Shown: in pieces, positions 1 through 11,300 of the stretch | Layout of the letters: every line of letters starts with the position of its first letter | How positions within the stretch are numbered: the stretch's first letter is position 1 | NCBI GenBank assembly: GCA_964016885.1 | Contig: OZ024740.1 | Location: forward strand, 390,600,001-390,664,000 | Reading direction: 5' to 3' | DNA from: Eledone cirrhosa | Lineage: Eukaryota | Length of the DNA: 64,000 bases | The notes under the pieces: model-generated | Told to the model about the DNA's origin: nothing | Database searches by the model: none | The model's input: the letters and a program-made list of their open reading frames with translations, nothing else | Translations under genes and position numbers: made by a program

Positions 1-28
1 ATATGAGCCTCGTTTACACCCTTTCTGC

Positions 29-66
<38 letters not shown>
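29..66. repeat. (ATT)n microsatellite, 5' flank of the Tx1 array
   Basis: TT+(ATT)12 read directly, abutting the start of element 1. Confidence 0.97.
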
Positions 67-276
67 GGCGACCTACGTAGGAAATCGCATTATTGTGAGC
101 TCCGCAAAGGTTTGTTATTTCCGTTTGTTTAAAAAATTGCCATTTATGGAAAATTTTATTGTAAACTGTTTATAAGCACACATACATTGTTTTCCGAAAA
201 GGACACCCAAAAAGATTGGGGCCTTGTGCCCAAAATTTTAACTTTTATTATTATCCAAAAATTTCTTTGAAAAAAA

Positions 277-2297
277 ATGGCTAATTCCCCTCTGCACGAA
301 GCAGCTGAAAGCCTTCCTCACAAAATAACACCTCACACCGACACCACCATTGTAAATGTTACTACGTTTGCCAACACAAAAAAAAATATAAGCAGTAGCA
401 ATATTTTAAATTTGTCTCAGGCAGACATTCATTTCCCGCCATTACCAATGACTGCAGGTGTTAAACCCTCCACCACCACCACCACCGCGACAACCACCAC
501 CACCACCACCGCGACAACCACCACCACCACCACCACCACCACCGCGACAACAGAAACAAAAGAAGAAAAAAATAAATTAACTCGTGATTCGAAATGAAAT
601 CAAGCAAAATGGACTCTTCCCCACCAAAGACGACTGACGTCACCACCACCACAACTGAAAATAAAATTAATATTAACGATAGCAACAACAACAACAATGA
701 CATTATAAAACCGACCCTCAGTTTCGCCATCGTAGCAAAACAATTCGAAGCGTTCACGGTAACTCAAGAAGATTTAGAAAATGCCAAACAAATGGTAAAG
801 AAAGATGGGTACAGGGTCAGCCTCACCCCCCCCCCCCCCCCACCTAATAAAATGGAGCATCGGCGCCTGTGCACCGTGTCGTATAGAACAATAAATGTAA
901 AATCGCGCCGAGTGGAACGGGCATCCGAGTCCCAAATCCAAAAAGCTTTGGGACATGTGTGGGCAAGAAAAACCCACATCAGACGTGGGCAAAAGTATGG
1001 AACCGTGGATGTGTTCTTTGAAACACCAGAGGAGGCTAGAGAACACTCCATGGCCCCATTAAAAAGTGACGACTTCACACTCGTCCCAAGCTATTGTGGC
1101 CAGAGACTCGTAAAGATCAGGGGGACCCACGTTCCACCGGCCATCGAAATTCCCTGGCTAATAGCGGCTGTCATCGCCGGCATCGAGGCCAACACGAAAA
1201 TAATAACAATAGCAAAAGAAAAGCAGGAAAACTGGTCCGGATCTGGGATGGAGCTCCTGATCCAAGCGGACCAAAAAAGCATTGAGGAGATCCCAGAGGT
1301 AATAGACCTCACTGACGGCAGCCACCTCACGGTAATTGTCGAGGGCAGAAGACCTAGGTGTGTCGTTTGTGGTGAAGGAACCCACCTAAGGGCTTTCTGC
1401 CCTCAGACTAAAAGGTTGAGGCCACCTCTCCTACCCACCCCAGTGACACAACCATCAACACCACCAGTAGCAGAGATGCCAGCAACAACTGTAGCAGCAA
1501 CAACAGAAGCAACTATAACAGCAACAACCCAGCAACAGTAGCAAAACCAACACCACTACCACCACCAGCAAAACCAACACCACCACCACCCAACGCTTCA
1601 GAACTAGCACCAGCGCCTACACCATCCACCACACCACAACCAAAACTAACGGCTGTGGAGGATTTTCCACTCCCCGGCCTATCACAACTGGAAACAGATT
1701 GTGACGACGAGGAGTGGGAAACGATATCCGGAAAAAAAAAAAGAAACCCAAAAAGAAAAATTCTCTTCCTTCCCCCTCCAAAAACAAAATACAGAGGGAA
1801 ACAAATAAACTAAGAAACAAAAAAGTTAGGACAGATATGCCACCATCCACACCAGCATCACCAACCCCATCAACCCAAACACCAACACCATCACCATCAT
1901 TAACTCCAACACCACCATCACCTACACCACAAAAGTCACCAAAATTCGAAACAGAAACAAACCCACAACAAACGCAAACAAAACAAAACAACCAAAACGA
2001 TACACACTACACAGCATTAAATTTGAACAACAAGCAATTATTACACTACATCCAACACAACACCAGCATCACAGAAAAAGACTACACAACAACCCCAAAA
2101 TTCACACCACCTCCACACATACAAATCACTCGCATCACACAGAAAACGTACATGACACTAAAACAAAAATTCCCCAAAGACATCGGAGACTTCCGACAAG
2201 CACTCTCCAGGAGGATTTATAAGGACATCCTTCCTGAGGAGGCCACAAGCAGTGAAAAGGTGGAAAAGCCGTCCTTCCCCTACGAGAAGTAAGGTAA
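277..2297 (+). pseudogene. ORF1 (gag-like, CCHC knuckle) of copy 1, split by frameshifts/stops
   Basis: ORF pieces 277-597, 594-1541, 1714-2292; CVVCGEGTHLRAFC knuckle; core aligns with copy 2/3 ORF1 (KSRRVERA.E.QIQKALG.VW.RKTHI); homologous C-terminus KAVLPLREVR* ends at 2297. Confidence 0.85.
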
Positions 2298-2331
2298 GTG
2301 GTCTTTCCCATCTTTTCCACTCCTTTTCAAC

Positions 2332-5300
2332 ATGACCTCACTCAGAATAGGCAGCATAAATGCGCGTGGCTTGGGGTCGTCATGGAAGCAGGGCCACCTG
2401 CTCAACGACCTCAGGTCACTAAACATAGATGTAGTGGCCATCAGCGAGACCAGAATCTCCGAAGCACAGGCTTTCGCACCGATCTTCGGCGGCTACGATG
2501 TGTACGCATCTCCCAGCCGTCCGGGATCGGGGGGAGGAGTTGCTGTGCTTTTTCGGAGAGGTTTGGATCTTGCCATACGGGCCATCTTCCTGGACCCAGA
2601 AGGTAAGTTGGTGGTGCTGGACGTGACCAGCGGAGACGGGCAAGCTTTCAGGTTAGTGGCCGTCTATGCCCCGACAGGAGTAGGGCGGCCTGATTTCTTC
2701 CGGCGTCTGGAGACCTTTCTTGGAACGTCCCGCTCTTTAGTGTTAGTGGGCGACTGGAACGGGATCTTAGATGCACGCTGGGATTGTGTGGGATTAGTGG
2801 ATAGGGAAGGAGGGTGCAAGAGTCTCACCAACCTGCTCAGACGTTTTGAACTGTCTGACAGGTACCGAATGGATTTCCCGAATGTACCAATGTGGACTTG
2901 GACAAATCGCATAGGGTCATCCAGATCATATCTAGATAGAGTATTTTGTAGGGAAATAGATAGGTCTAGCATAGGCTGTCCACAATTCAAGATAGTCAGC
3001 TACACGGACCACAAATTCGTGATCTGTGTGCTTGACTTAGATAGGCTTCATAGACGAGGACCCGGCTACTGGAAGCTAAACGCGTCCTTACCAGCGCGCA
3101 AGGCCTACAGAGACCGGATTAGCGAACTAGTTAAGCGGGCGTTGACGGGGGCCATCGTCAACAACAAGTGGTGGTTTGCTCTGAAAAGAGCAATTAGAAT
3201 AGAGTCCATTAGGTTTAGTAAGACTTTAGCAATAGAGAAAAATAGAGCAGAGGGAGAATTAGTTAGAAAATTAGATGAGGCGCTTAGCAAAGGCATCGCG
3301 ACCGACGTACTTGCGGCGAAATTGGCCCTTGACCAATTCTTCAATGCAAAGCACGAAGGCTGCGTTGTCAGAGCTAGGGTGCGTGCTCTCAGATACGAGG
3401 GGACGAAAGCCGTTCAATGGGCCCGAGTGGCGGAGGCGCGTCGTGGCAACAAAGCCACGATCCGGTCTTTGGTGGACCACGACGGGCGCATGCTACTCGA
3501 TCCCGGGCAAATGTGTGAAACTTTTCAGCGACACTTCGCTCAACTGTTCGGGGGCAGTGGCGGGCCGGATCGAGGGATGGACTTTAGTGTCTACCTCGAC
3601 GGACTGCCGCGGCTTTCGGCCACTGAGGCGGAGTGTTGCGAAAAGCCGATAACAACCGCTGAAGTACGGGATGCAATGACTAGTTGCACAAGGGGCAAAT
3701 CGCCTGGTTTGGATGGTCTGCCCTATGAACTTTACGTACAAATGCCAAACTTGTTCGGAGGCCTCTTGGCGGACGTCTACTGCAACTGGCAACAGAACGG
3801 GAGAATTCCCAGCTCTGTGAGCCGAGGAGCGGTGGCGCTGCTGAGAAAGGATCCGAACAAGGGGGATAACATAGATAATTTTAGGCCCATAACTCTGCTA
3901 AACACAGAGTTCAAGATTTTGGCCAAGGTGCTAGCAAGAGGTTGGCGCTTGTCGTTGGTGGTCTGGTGGGAGAGGCACAGACATGCGCCATTCCCGACAG
4001 ATCCATCCACGACAACCTCCACCTCATGCGATACATCGTAGAGAGGGTAGCTAGGGAACCTGGCACGGGTGGGTCTTTGATCAATTTAGATCAGTCGAAA
4101 GCCTTCGATAGGGTCGACCATCGTTACCTAGCGGCAGTCCTGAGGGCGGCTGGCTTTGGGCCCGTCTTCAGAGGCTGGATCGCTGCCATGCACAGCGACA
4201 TCTGCTCTGTAGTGAGAGTGAACGGTCACCTTTCGGAACCGTTCAACATCATGCGCTCGGTCCGCCAAGGATGTCCCCTCTCGTCCCTATTGTACGTATT
4301 GACTCTCGAGCCATTACTGCACAAACTGGAGACGTTGAGGGGGGTCCCGCGCGAACTAGGATGCGGAAGATCCGTGTCAGCATATGCCGACGATGTCACC
4401 GTAGTGGTGTCGAACGCCAAACACATCGAGGCGATCGGCACTACACTAAGAGAATACGAAGCGGTGACAGGAGCAATGATCAACCAGAAAAAGTCAGTGG
4501 GCCTGCAGCTCGGCACCTGGAGAGGAAGGTCCATCCCGTCCAACAGCGTCGTCGGGCGCTGGACGGACGGACCGGTTAAATTGCTAGGGGTCTGGTTCGG
4601 TCCAGACCTCCAGACGGACAAAAACTGGGACGAGGTGACGAGCAGGGTGGCTTCTCTCACCCAGAAATGGGCCGAGAGGAAGCTATCCCTGAAAGGTCGA
4701 GCGGAGGTGGCGAATGCGTACATCGCATCCGTCATCTACTACCGCCTGACCGTCGTACCTTGTCCTAAGCCCCGCCTGACTGCGCTGGAGCGTTTGCTCT
4801 TTCGCTTCTTGTGGAAGGGACGCGCTCCGATGGTCAGGCGGTCCTTCTGCTGTCAACACCCGCTACGTGGAGGGCTGGGCATGCCGTGGCTGATGATGCG
4901 CAGACACGCGCTCAGGCTACGACATCTCCACCTCTTCCTCGACGGTGATCAGGTGTAGTCGCCGTTTGCAAGACACGTTTTTCCCCAGCTCGTCTCCTTG
5001 ACAGAGCTGCAGTCCTGGGTCAAGCGAAGACCGAGAGGGAGCGCTTGGAGACTGGAATGTCTTCAGGCGCTCACAGCCCTCGACCAATCGGGCAATGTGA
5101 TCGGTGGAAACTCCACCTTGGCGTTCTATAGGGGATTAGTGGAGGGAAAGAGCGACGACGTACTTGGAGAAACTCTAGGCGTCGACGAAAATCAACTAGC
5201 CAATCTCTTCGGAAGGACTTTCGGGCCGGGGCCTATGGACAACTTCCAGAAATCCCTGGCCTGGCAGTGCTACCGAGGAGCTTTGCCAGTTCGGGATAAA

Positions 5301-5750
5301 CTCTACAGGCATGGAGGTGCCGTCAGCCGGGCATGTCCGAGATGCGCGCAGGGCGACGAAACCGTCCTGCACGCACTCGTCCAGTGTCCGAGCATTGCTG
5401 ACTTGTGGGTTTATGTCGAACACCTGCTGTCACGTGTAGGACCTATCCAGCTATCAGCTGAGTACATCGTGAGGATTGCCCCGCCCCCTTCCTTTAGCCT
5501 GGAAGGGCAGGCAGTTTTTATCTGTCTGGTGGCCATGGCGAAAGAGATAGTATGGTGGACACGTTTGAAAGGGCTGAAGACGAGCACTTACCTCTTCGGT
5601 GATGCCCTGATTAACTTTTTCAAATTTCATTTGAAAAGGAAAATCAGGGTAGAGAGGGAAGTGCTCTCTTCCCAGCATTTTGTTGAAAGATGGGTGAGAG
5701 AAGCAAGTATGGCCCGAATGAATGGGCCTTCTCTGAGTATGTGTCTGTAA
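2332..5750 (+). pseudogene. ORF2 (APE endonuclease + RT + CCHC) of copy 1, disabled
   Basis: Near-identical to the intact ORF2s, with a 1-nt deletion near 3936 (GCAAGAGG vs GCAAAGAGG) and TGG>TAG at 4956-4958. Confidence 0.93.
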
Positions 5751-5993
5751 ATTAAAGGTGGAAAACTGGGAGAGGGCACTTGCCCTGGTGGTCAGGACCA
5801 CTGTGGTCTTTTAATGGGCTTTCTCCACAAATGTCCCTTGGAAGCCTCCCCCCTATTGGGGAATTTTTCTTTGTTATTTTATTTCAACCTCTGTTTCTTT
5901 ACACGCAGAAATGCCCATTTGTACCGTCCTGTATTGTCCTGTACTGTCCTTAATGTCTACTTTATGTGAACCCTTGTGGTTAATAAAGAAAAC

Positions 5994-6020
5994 ATTATTA
6001 TTATTATTATTATTATTATT
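5994..6020. repeat. (ATT)9 spacer between copies 1 and 2
   Basis: Read directly. Confidence 0.97.
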
Positions 6021-6236
6021 GAATGCCGTGGTTGACAGAGGCTCGGCTCTGTAAGGTATAGTAATTTTTTAACCGTTAAAACAATTGTAAATTGTTTAAA
6101 ACTTGAACCAAATTGTTGATAAAGACACCCTCCTCCTCGTGAGAGGGGTCTTTCTGTCCGTTATTTGGCCCTTCGGGGTTAAATAACCAGTTATTGGGGT
6201 TTTGTACCCAAAATTTCATTTTAAACAAAAAACAAC

Positions 6237-8333
6237 ATGGCTACGAAAAAGAAATTTCATACGTCACTCCCACTCATTCCGTCTTCTTCTTCCTCAATCA
6301 TCACTACAGCAGAGAGAAGATTGTCTCTCTCCCTCCCTTCTTTAAATGTGTCTCTCTCCCTCCCTTCTCTTTCGCAAGTGACGAAAGAAAAGAAAAGTCT
6401 CGTGCAAAGCGTGCAAGGTTTCTCCACGACGACGACGACAGCGACGAAACAGGTGTGCGGGAAATACGAAAACCCAGTTCATTCGTCTGACGTCAGGAAT
6501 AATAGCAGTAGCAGCCGTAATAACAACAGCAACAGTGACAATGAAAACAACAGTAGCAGCCGCAACAGCATCACCAGCAGCATAAACAACAACAGCATTA
6601 GCAGCAGCAACACCAACAACAACCACAGCAACAGCGGCGGAGGCAGTAGTCGTAGTACCTGCAGCAACAACAAAAGTACCAGCAGCTCTGACGACAACAA
6701 CAACAGCAGAGAAAAACCAATCTCATTTGCAGGTATTGCGAAAAACTTGGAAACAATCCTCATAACAAATGAGGAATTAGAGGAAGCGAAGAAGATGGTG
6801 ACAAAGAACGGACACCGAGCAATCTGCAAGGCAGCGGAAAAATTTTTCGAAACCCAAGAGCACTGTACGGTCACGTACCGTACAGTAAGTACAAAATCCC
6901 GTAGGGTGGAAAGAGCCACAGAGGCCCAAATACAAAAAGCCTTGGGGTCTGTGTGGCAGAGGAAAACGCACATCACCCGAGGCAAAAAATACGCCACCGT
7001 AGACGTACTTTTTGCCACACCCCAGGAGGCAAAGGCCCAATCAGTAGTGACCCTAAGGAGCGAGGAAATGGTGTTGGTGCCCTCCTACTGCGGGCAAAAA
7101 ATTGTGAGGGTCAAACTGACCCACGTCCCCCCCGGAATGACCCCTTCTTGGCTGGCTGCGTCTGTCCTCGTCGGAATCGAGGACAAAACAACTGTACTGC
7201 AAGTACAGAAAAAAGTAAGAGAAGATTGGGTCGGCTCCTCCATTGAGATGCTAATCCAAAACAACCAGGAGTGCATCGAAGCTATCCCGGATGTGATAGA
7301 CTTCGATAACGGCACTCAACTGCCCATAAGTGTTGAGGGCAAACGCCCGAAATGCTTTCGCTGTGGATCGAAGACTCACCTCAGGGCCTTCTGCAACGAG
7401 AAGACCCTGAGAAAGGAGAAAACCCCCCTCCTTCCGAATCCGGCTCCACGGCTACCAGCAACAGGACAAGCGGCAACCAGGAACGATAGGTCCGTGGCAC
7501 CCATACCCACTCCACGGAAATCAAAGACAGCAGCAGCAGTGGAAATATTAACAACAACAACAGCAATACCAAATGCAGCTGCAACAGAGACTCCAGTGCA
7601 AACATCACCAACAACAACAAGTGAAAGAGTGGAGCTGGTACCCCTCCCCGACCTTACAGAATCAGACATGGAGTGTGAGGTGGGAGAGGGATGGCAAAAG
7701 GTCGCAAGAAGGCACAAACGCAGAAGCAGCGCATCGTCGCCTTTGAAAAGGGAGGAAAGAAATGAGAAAAGGGTAAAGTCTACTGCAAAGAGACCCACAG
7801 CAGCAACACCACCAACACCATCACCACCCACACCAGCACCACCATCACCACCGGCGACAACCCCACCGCCAACAACACCTTCAACACCACCACCACAAGC
7901 ACCAACATCGCAAACACAACAACAAAACACACACACCCAGCAACAACGACAAGAAAATAGCAGAACCACACCCCACCCCCAGAAAAACAAATGCACGGCA
8001 ATAAACACACACAACAAGAAACTAATGACTTACATAATTGAACACACAGACATTTCACAACAGGACTACATAATACCAGCACCAATCAAAACGCCAACTA
8101 ACATAAGACTGCTAAAAATAGCACAGAAACAATACACAAACATTAAAACGAAATTCCCCAACGCAGTTGGTGATTTCAGGGACCTAGGAGGAACCATCAA
8201 TCGAAGAGTATATTCAGACATTCTCTTAGAAGAGCCGACGACCAGCCGAAGGGACGATTCAACGGTCCCTTCACCAGACGATCAAGTGAAAAGGGATGTA
8301 AAAACCATCCCTCCTCTACCAAAAGTACGGTAA
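6237..8333 (+). CDS. ORF1p, 698 aa nucleic-acid-binding protein with CCHC zinc knuckle
   Basis: CFRCGSKTHLRAFC (CX2CX4HX4C); S/N-rich N-terminal and P/T/Q-rich C-terminal low-complexity regions; lies upstream of the RT ORF. Confidence 0.9.
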   Translation: MATKKKFHTSLPLIPSSSSSIITTAERRLSLSLPSLNVSLSLPSLSQVTKEKKSLVQSVQGFSTTTTTATKQVCGKYENPVHSSDVRNNSSSSRNNNSNSDNENNSSSRNSITSSINNNSISSSNTNNNHSNSGGGSSRSTCSNNKSTSSSDDNNNSREKPISFAGIAKNLETILITNEELEEAKKMVTKNGHRAICKAAEKFFETQEHCTVTYRTVSTKSRRVERATEAQIQKALGSVWQRKTHITRGKKYATVDVLFATPQEAKAQSVVTLRSEEMVLVPSYCGQKIVRVKLTHVPPGMTPSWLAASVLVGIEDKTTVLQVQKKVREDWVGSSIEMLIQNNQECIEAIPDVIDFDNGTQLPISVEGKRPKCFRCGSKTHLRAFCNEKTLRKEKTPLLPNPAPRLPATGQAATRNDRSVAPIPTPRKSKTAAAVEILTTTTAIPNAAATETPVQTSPTTTSERVELVPLPDLTESDMECEVGEGWQKVARRHKRRSSASSPLKREERNEKRVKSTAKRPTAATPPTPSPPTPAPPSPPATTPPPTTPSTPPPQAPTSQTQQQNTHTQQQRQENSRTTPHPQKNKCTAINTHNKKLMTYIIEHTDISQQDYIIPAPIKTPTNIRLLKIAQKQYTNIKTKFPNAVGDFRDLGGTINRRVYSDILLEEPTTSRRDDSTVPSPDDQVKRDVKTIPPLPKVR

Positions 8334-8368
8334 GTGGTCTTTCCCATCTTTTCCACTCTATTTTAAAC

Positions 8369-11300
8369 ATGACCTCACTCAGAATAGGCAGCATAAATGC
8401 GCGTGGCTTGGGGTCGTCATGGAAGCAGGGTCACCTGCTCAACGACCTCAGGTCACTAAACATAGATGTAGTGGCCATCAGCGAGACCAGAATCTCCGAA
8501 GCACGGGCCTTCGCACCGATCTTCGGCGGCTACGATGTGTACGCATCTCCCAGCCGTCCTGGATCGGGTGGAGGAGTTGCTGTGGTTTTTCGGAGAGGTT
8601 TGGATCTCGCCATACGGGCCATCTTCCTGGACCCAGAGGGTAAGCTGGTGGTGCTGGACGTGACCAGCGGAGACGGGCAAGCTTTCAGGCTAGTGGCCGT
8701 CTATGCCCCGACAGGAGCAGGGCGGCCTGATTTCTTCCGGCGTCTGGAGACCTTTCTTGGAACGTCCCGCTCTTTAGTGTTAGTGGGCGACTGGAACGGG
8801 ATCTTAGATGCACGATGGGACTGTGTGGGATTAGCGGATAGGGGTGGAGGGTGCAAGAGCCTCACCAACCTGCTCAGGCGTTTTGAACTGTCTGACAGGT
8901 ACCGATTGGATTTCCCGAATGTGCCAATGTGGACTTGGACAAACCGCATAGGGTCATCCAGATCATATCTAGATAGAGTATTTTGTAGGGAAATAGATAG
9001 GTCTAGCATAGGCTGTCCACAATTCAAGATAGTCAGCTACACGGACCACAAATTCGTGACCTGTGTGCTTGACTTAGATAGGCTTCATAGACGAGGACCC
9101 GGCTACTGGAAGCTAAACGCGTCCTTACCAGCGCGCAAGGCCTACAGAGACCGGATTAGCGAACTAGTTAAGCGGGCGTTGACGGGGGCCATCGTCAACA
9201 ACAAGTGGTGGTTTGCTCTGAAAAGAGCGATTAGAATAGAATCGATTAGGTTTAGTAAGGCTTTAGCAATAGAGAAAAATAGAGCAGAGGGAGAACTAGT
9301 TAGAAAATTAGACGAGGCGCTTAGCAAAGGCATTGCGACCGACGTGCTTGCGGCGAAATTGGCCCTTGACCAATTCTTCAATGCAAAGCACGAAGGCTGC
9401 GTTGTCAGAGCTAGGGTGCGTGCTCTCAGACACGAGGGGACGAAAGCCGTTCAATGGGCCCGAGTGGCGGAGGCGCGTCGTGGCAACAAAGCCACGATCC
9501 GGTCTTTGGTGGACCACGACGGGCGCATGCTACTCGATCCCGGGCAAATGTGTGAAGCTTTTCAGCGACACTTCGCTCAGCTGTTCGGGGGCAGCGGGGG
9601 GCCGGGTAGAGGGATGGACTTTAGTGTCTACCTCGACGGACTGCCGCGGCTCTCGGCCACTGAGGCGAGGTGTTGCGAAAAGCCGATAACAGCCGCTGAA
9701 GTACGGGAGGCAATGACTGACTGCACAAGGGGTAAATCGCCTGGTTTGGATGGTCTGCCCTATGAACTTTACGTACAGATGCCAGACTTGTTCGGAGGCC
9801 TCTTGGCGGACGTCTACTGCAACTGGCAACAGAACGGGAGAATTCCCAGTTCTGTGAGCCGAGGAGCGGTGGCACTGCTGAGAAAGGATCCGAACAAGGG
9901 GGATAACATAGACAATTTCCGGCCCATAACTCTGCTAAACACAGAGTTTAAGATTTTGGCCAAGGTGCTAGCAAAGCGGTTGGCGCTTGTCGTTGGTGGT
10001 CTGGTGGGAGAGGCGCAGACATGCGCCATTCCCGACAGATCCATCCACGACAACCTCCACCTCATGCGATACATCGTAGAGAGGGTAGCTAGGGAACCTG
10101 GCACGGGTGGGTCCTTGATCAATTTAGATCAGTCGAAAGCTTTCGATAGGGTCGACCATCGTTACCTAGCGGCAGTCCTGAGGGCGGCTGGCTTTGGGCC
10201 CGTCTTCAGAGGCTGGATCGCTGCCATGCACAGCGACATCTGCTCTGTGGTGAGAGTGAACGGTCACCTGTCGGAACCGTTCAACATCATGCGCTCGGTC
10301 CGCCAAGGATGTCCCCTCTCGTCCCTCTTGTACGTATTGACTCTCGAGCCATTACTGCACAAACTGGAGACGTTGAGGGGAGTCCCGCGCGAACTAGGAT
10401 TCGGAAGATCCGTGTCAGCATATGCGGACGATGTCACCGTAGTGGTGTCGAACGCCAAACACATCGAGGCGATCGGCACTACACTAAGAGAATACGAAGC
10501 GGTGACAGGAGCAATGATCAACCAGGAAAAGTCAGTGGGCCTGCAGCTCGGCACCTGGAGAGGCAGGTCCATGCCGTCCAACAGCGTCGTCGGGCGCTGG
10601 ACGGACGGACCGGTTAAATTGCTAGGGGTCTGGTTCGGTCCGGACCTCCAGACGGACAAAAACTGGGACGAGGTGACGAGCAGGGTGGCTTCTCTCACCC
10701 AGAAATGGGCGGAGAGGAAGCTATCCCTGAAAGGTCGAGCGGAGGTGGCTAACGCGTACATCGCGTCTGTCATCTGCTACCGCCTAACCGTCGTACCTTG
10801 TCCTAAGCCTCGCCTGACTGCGCTGGAGCGTTTGCTCTTTCGCTTTTTGTGGAAGGGACGTGCTCCGATGGTCAGGCGGTCCATCTGTTGTCAACACCCG
10901 CTACGTGGAGGGCTGGGCATGCCGTGGCTGATGATGCGCAGGCACGCGCTCAGGCTACGACATCTCCACCTCTTCCTCGACGGTGATCAGGTGTGGTCGC
11001 CGTTTGCTAGACGCGTTTTTCCCCAGCTCGTTTCCTTGACGGAGCTGCAGTCCTGGGTCAAGCGAAGACCGAGAGGGAGCGCCTGGAGACTGGAATGTCT
11101 TCAGGCGCTCACAGCCCTCGACCAATCGGGCAATGTGATCGGTGGAAACTCCACCTCGGCGTTCTATAGAGGATTAGTGGAGGGGAAGAGCGACGACGTA
11201 CTTGGGGAAACTCTAGGCGTCGACGAAAATCAACTAGCCAATCTCTTCGGAAGAACTTTCGGGCCAGGGCCTATGGACAACTTCCAGAAATCTCTGGCCT

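Larger units (their letters stand above)
67..5993 (+). mobile_element. Tx1-type (L1 group) non-LTR retrotransposon, copy 1, apparently full length but disabled
   Basis: 5'UTR, broken zinc-knuckle ORF1, broken APE-RT-CCHC ORF2, 3'UTR ending AATAAAGAAAAC; flanked by (ATT)n on both sides. Confidence 0.92.

Noticed and set aside
219-235. GGCCTTGTGCCCAAAA in the copy 1 5'UTR resembling the SINE/LINE 3' motif
   Set aside because: Not kept in sequence in copies 2/3 (GGTTTTGTACCC); short enough to be chance.
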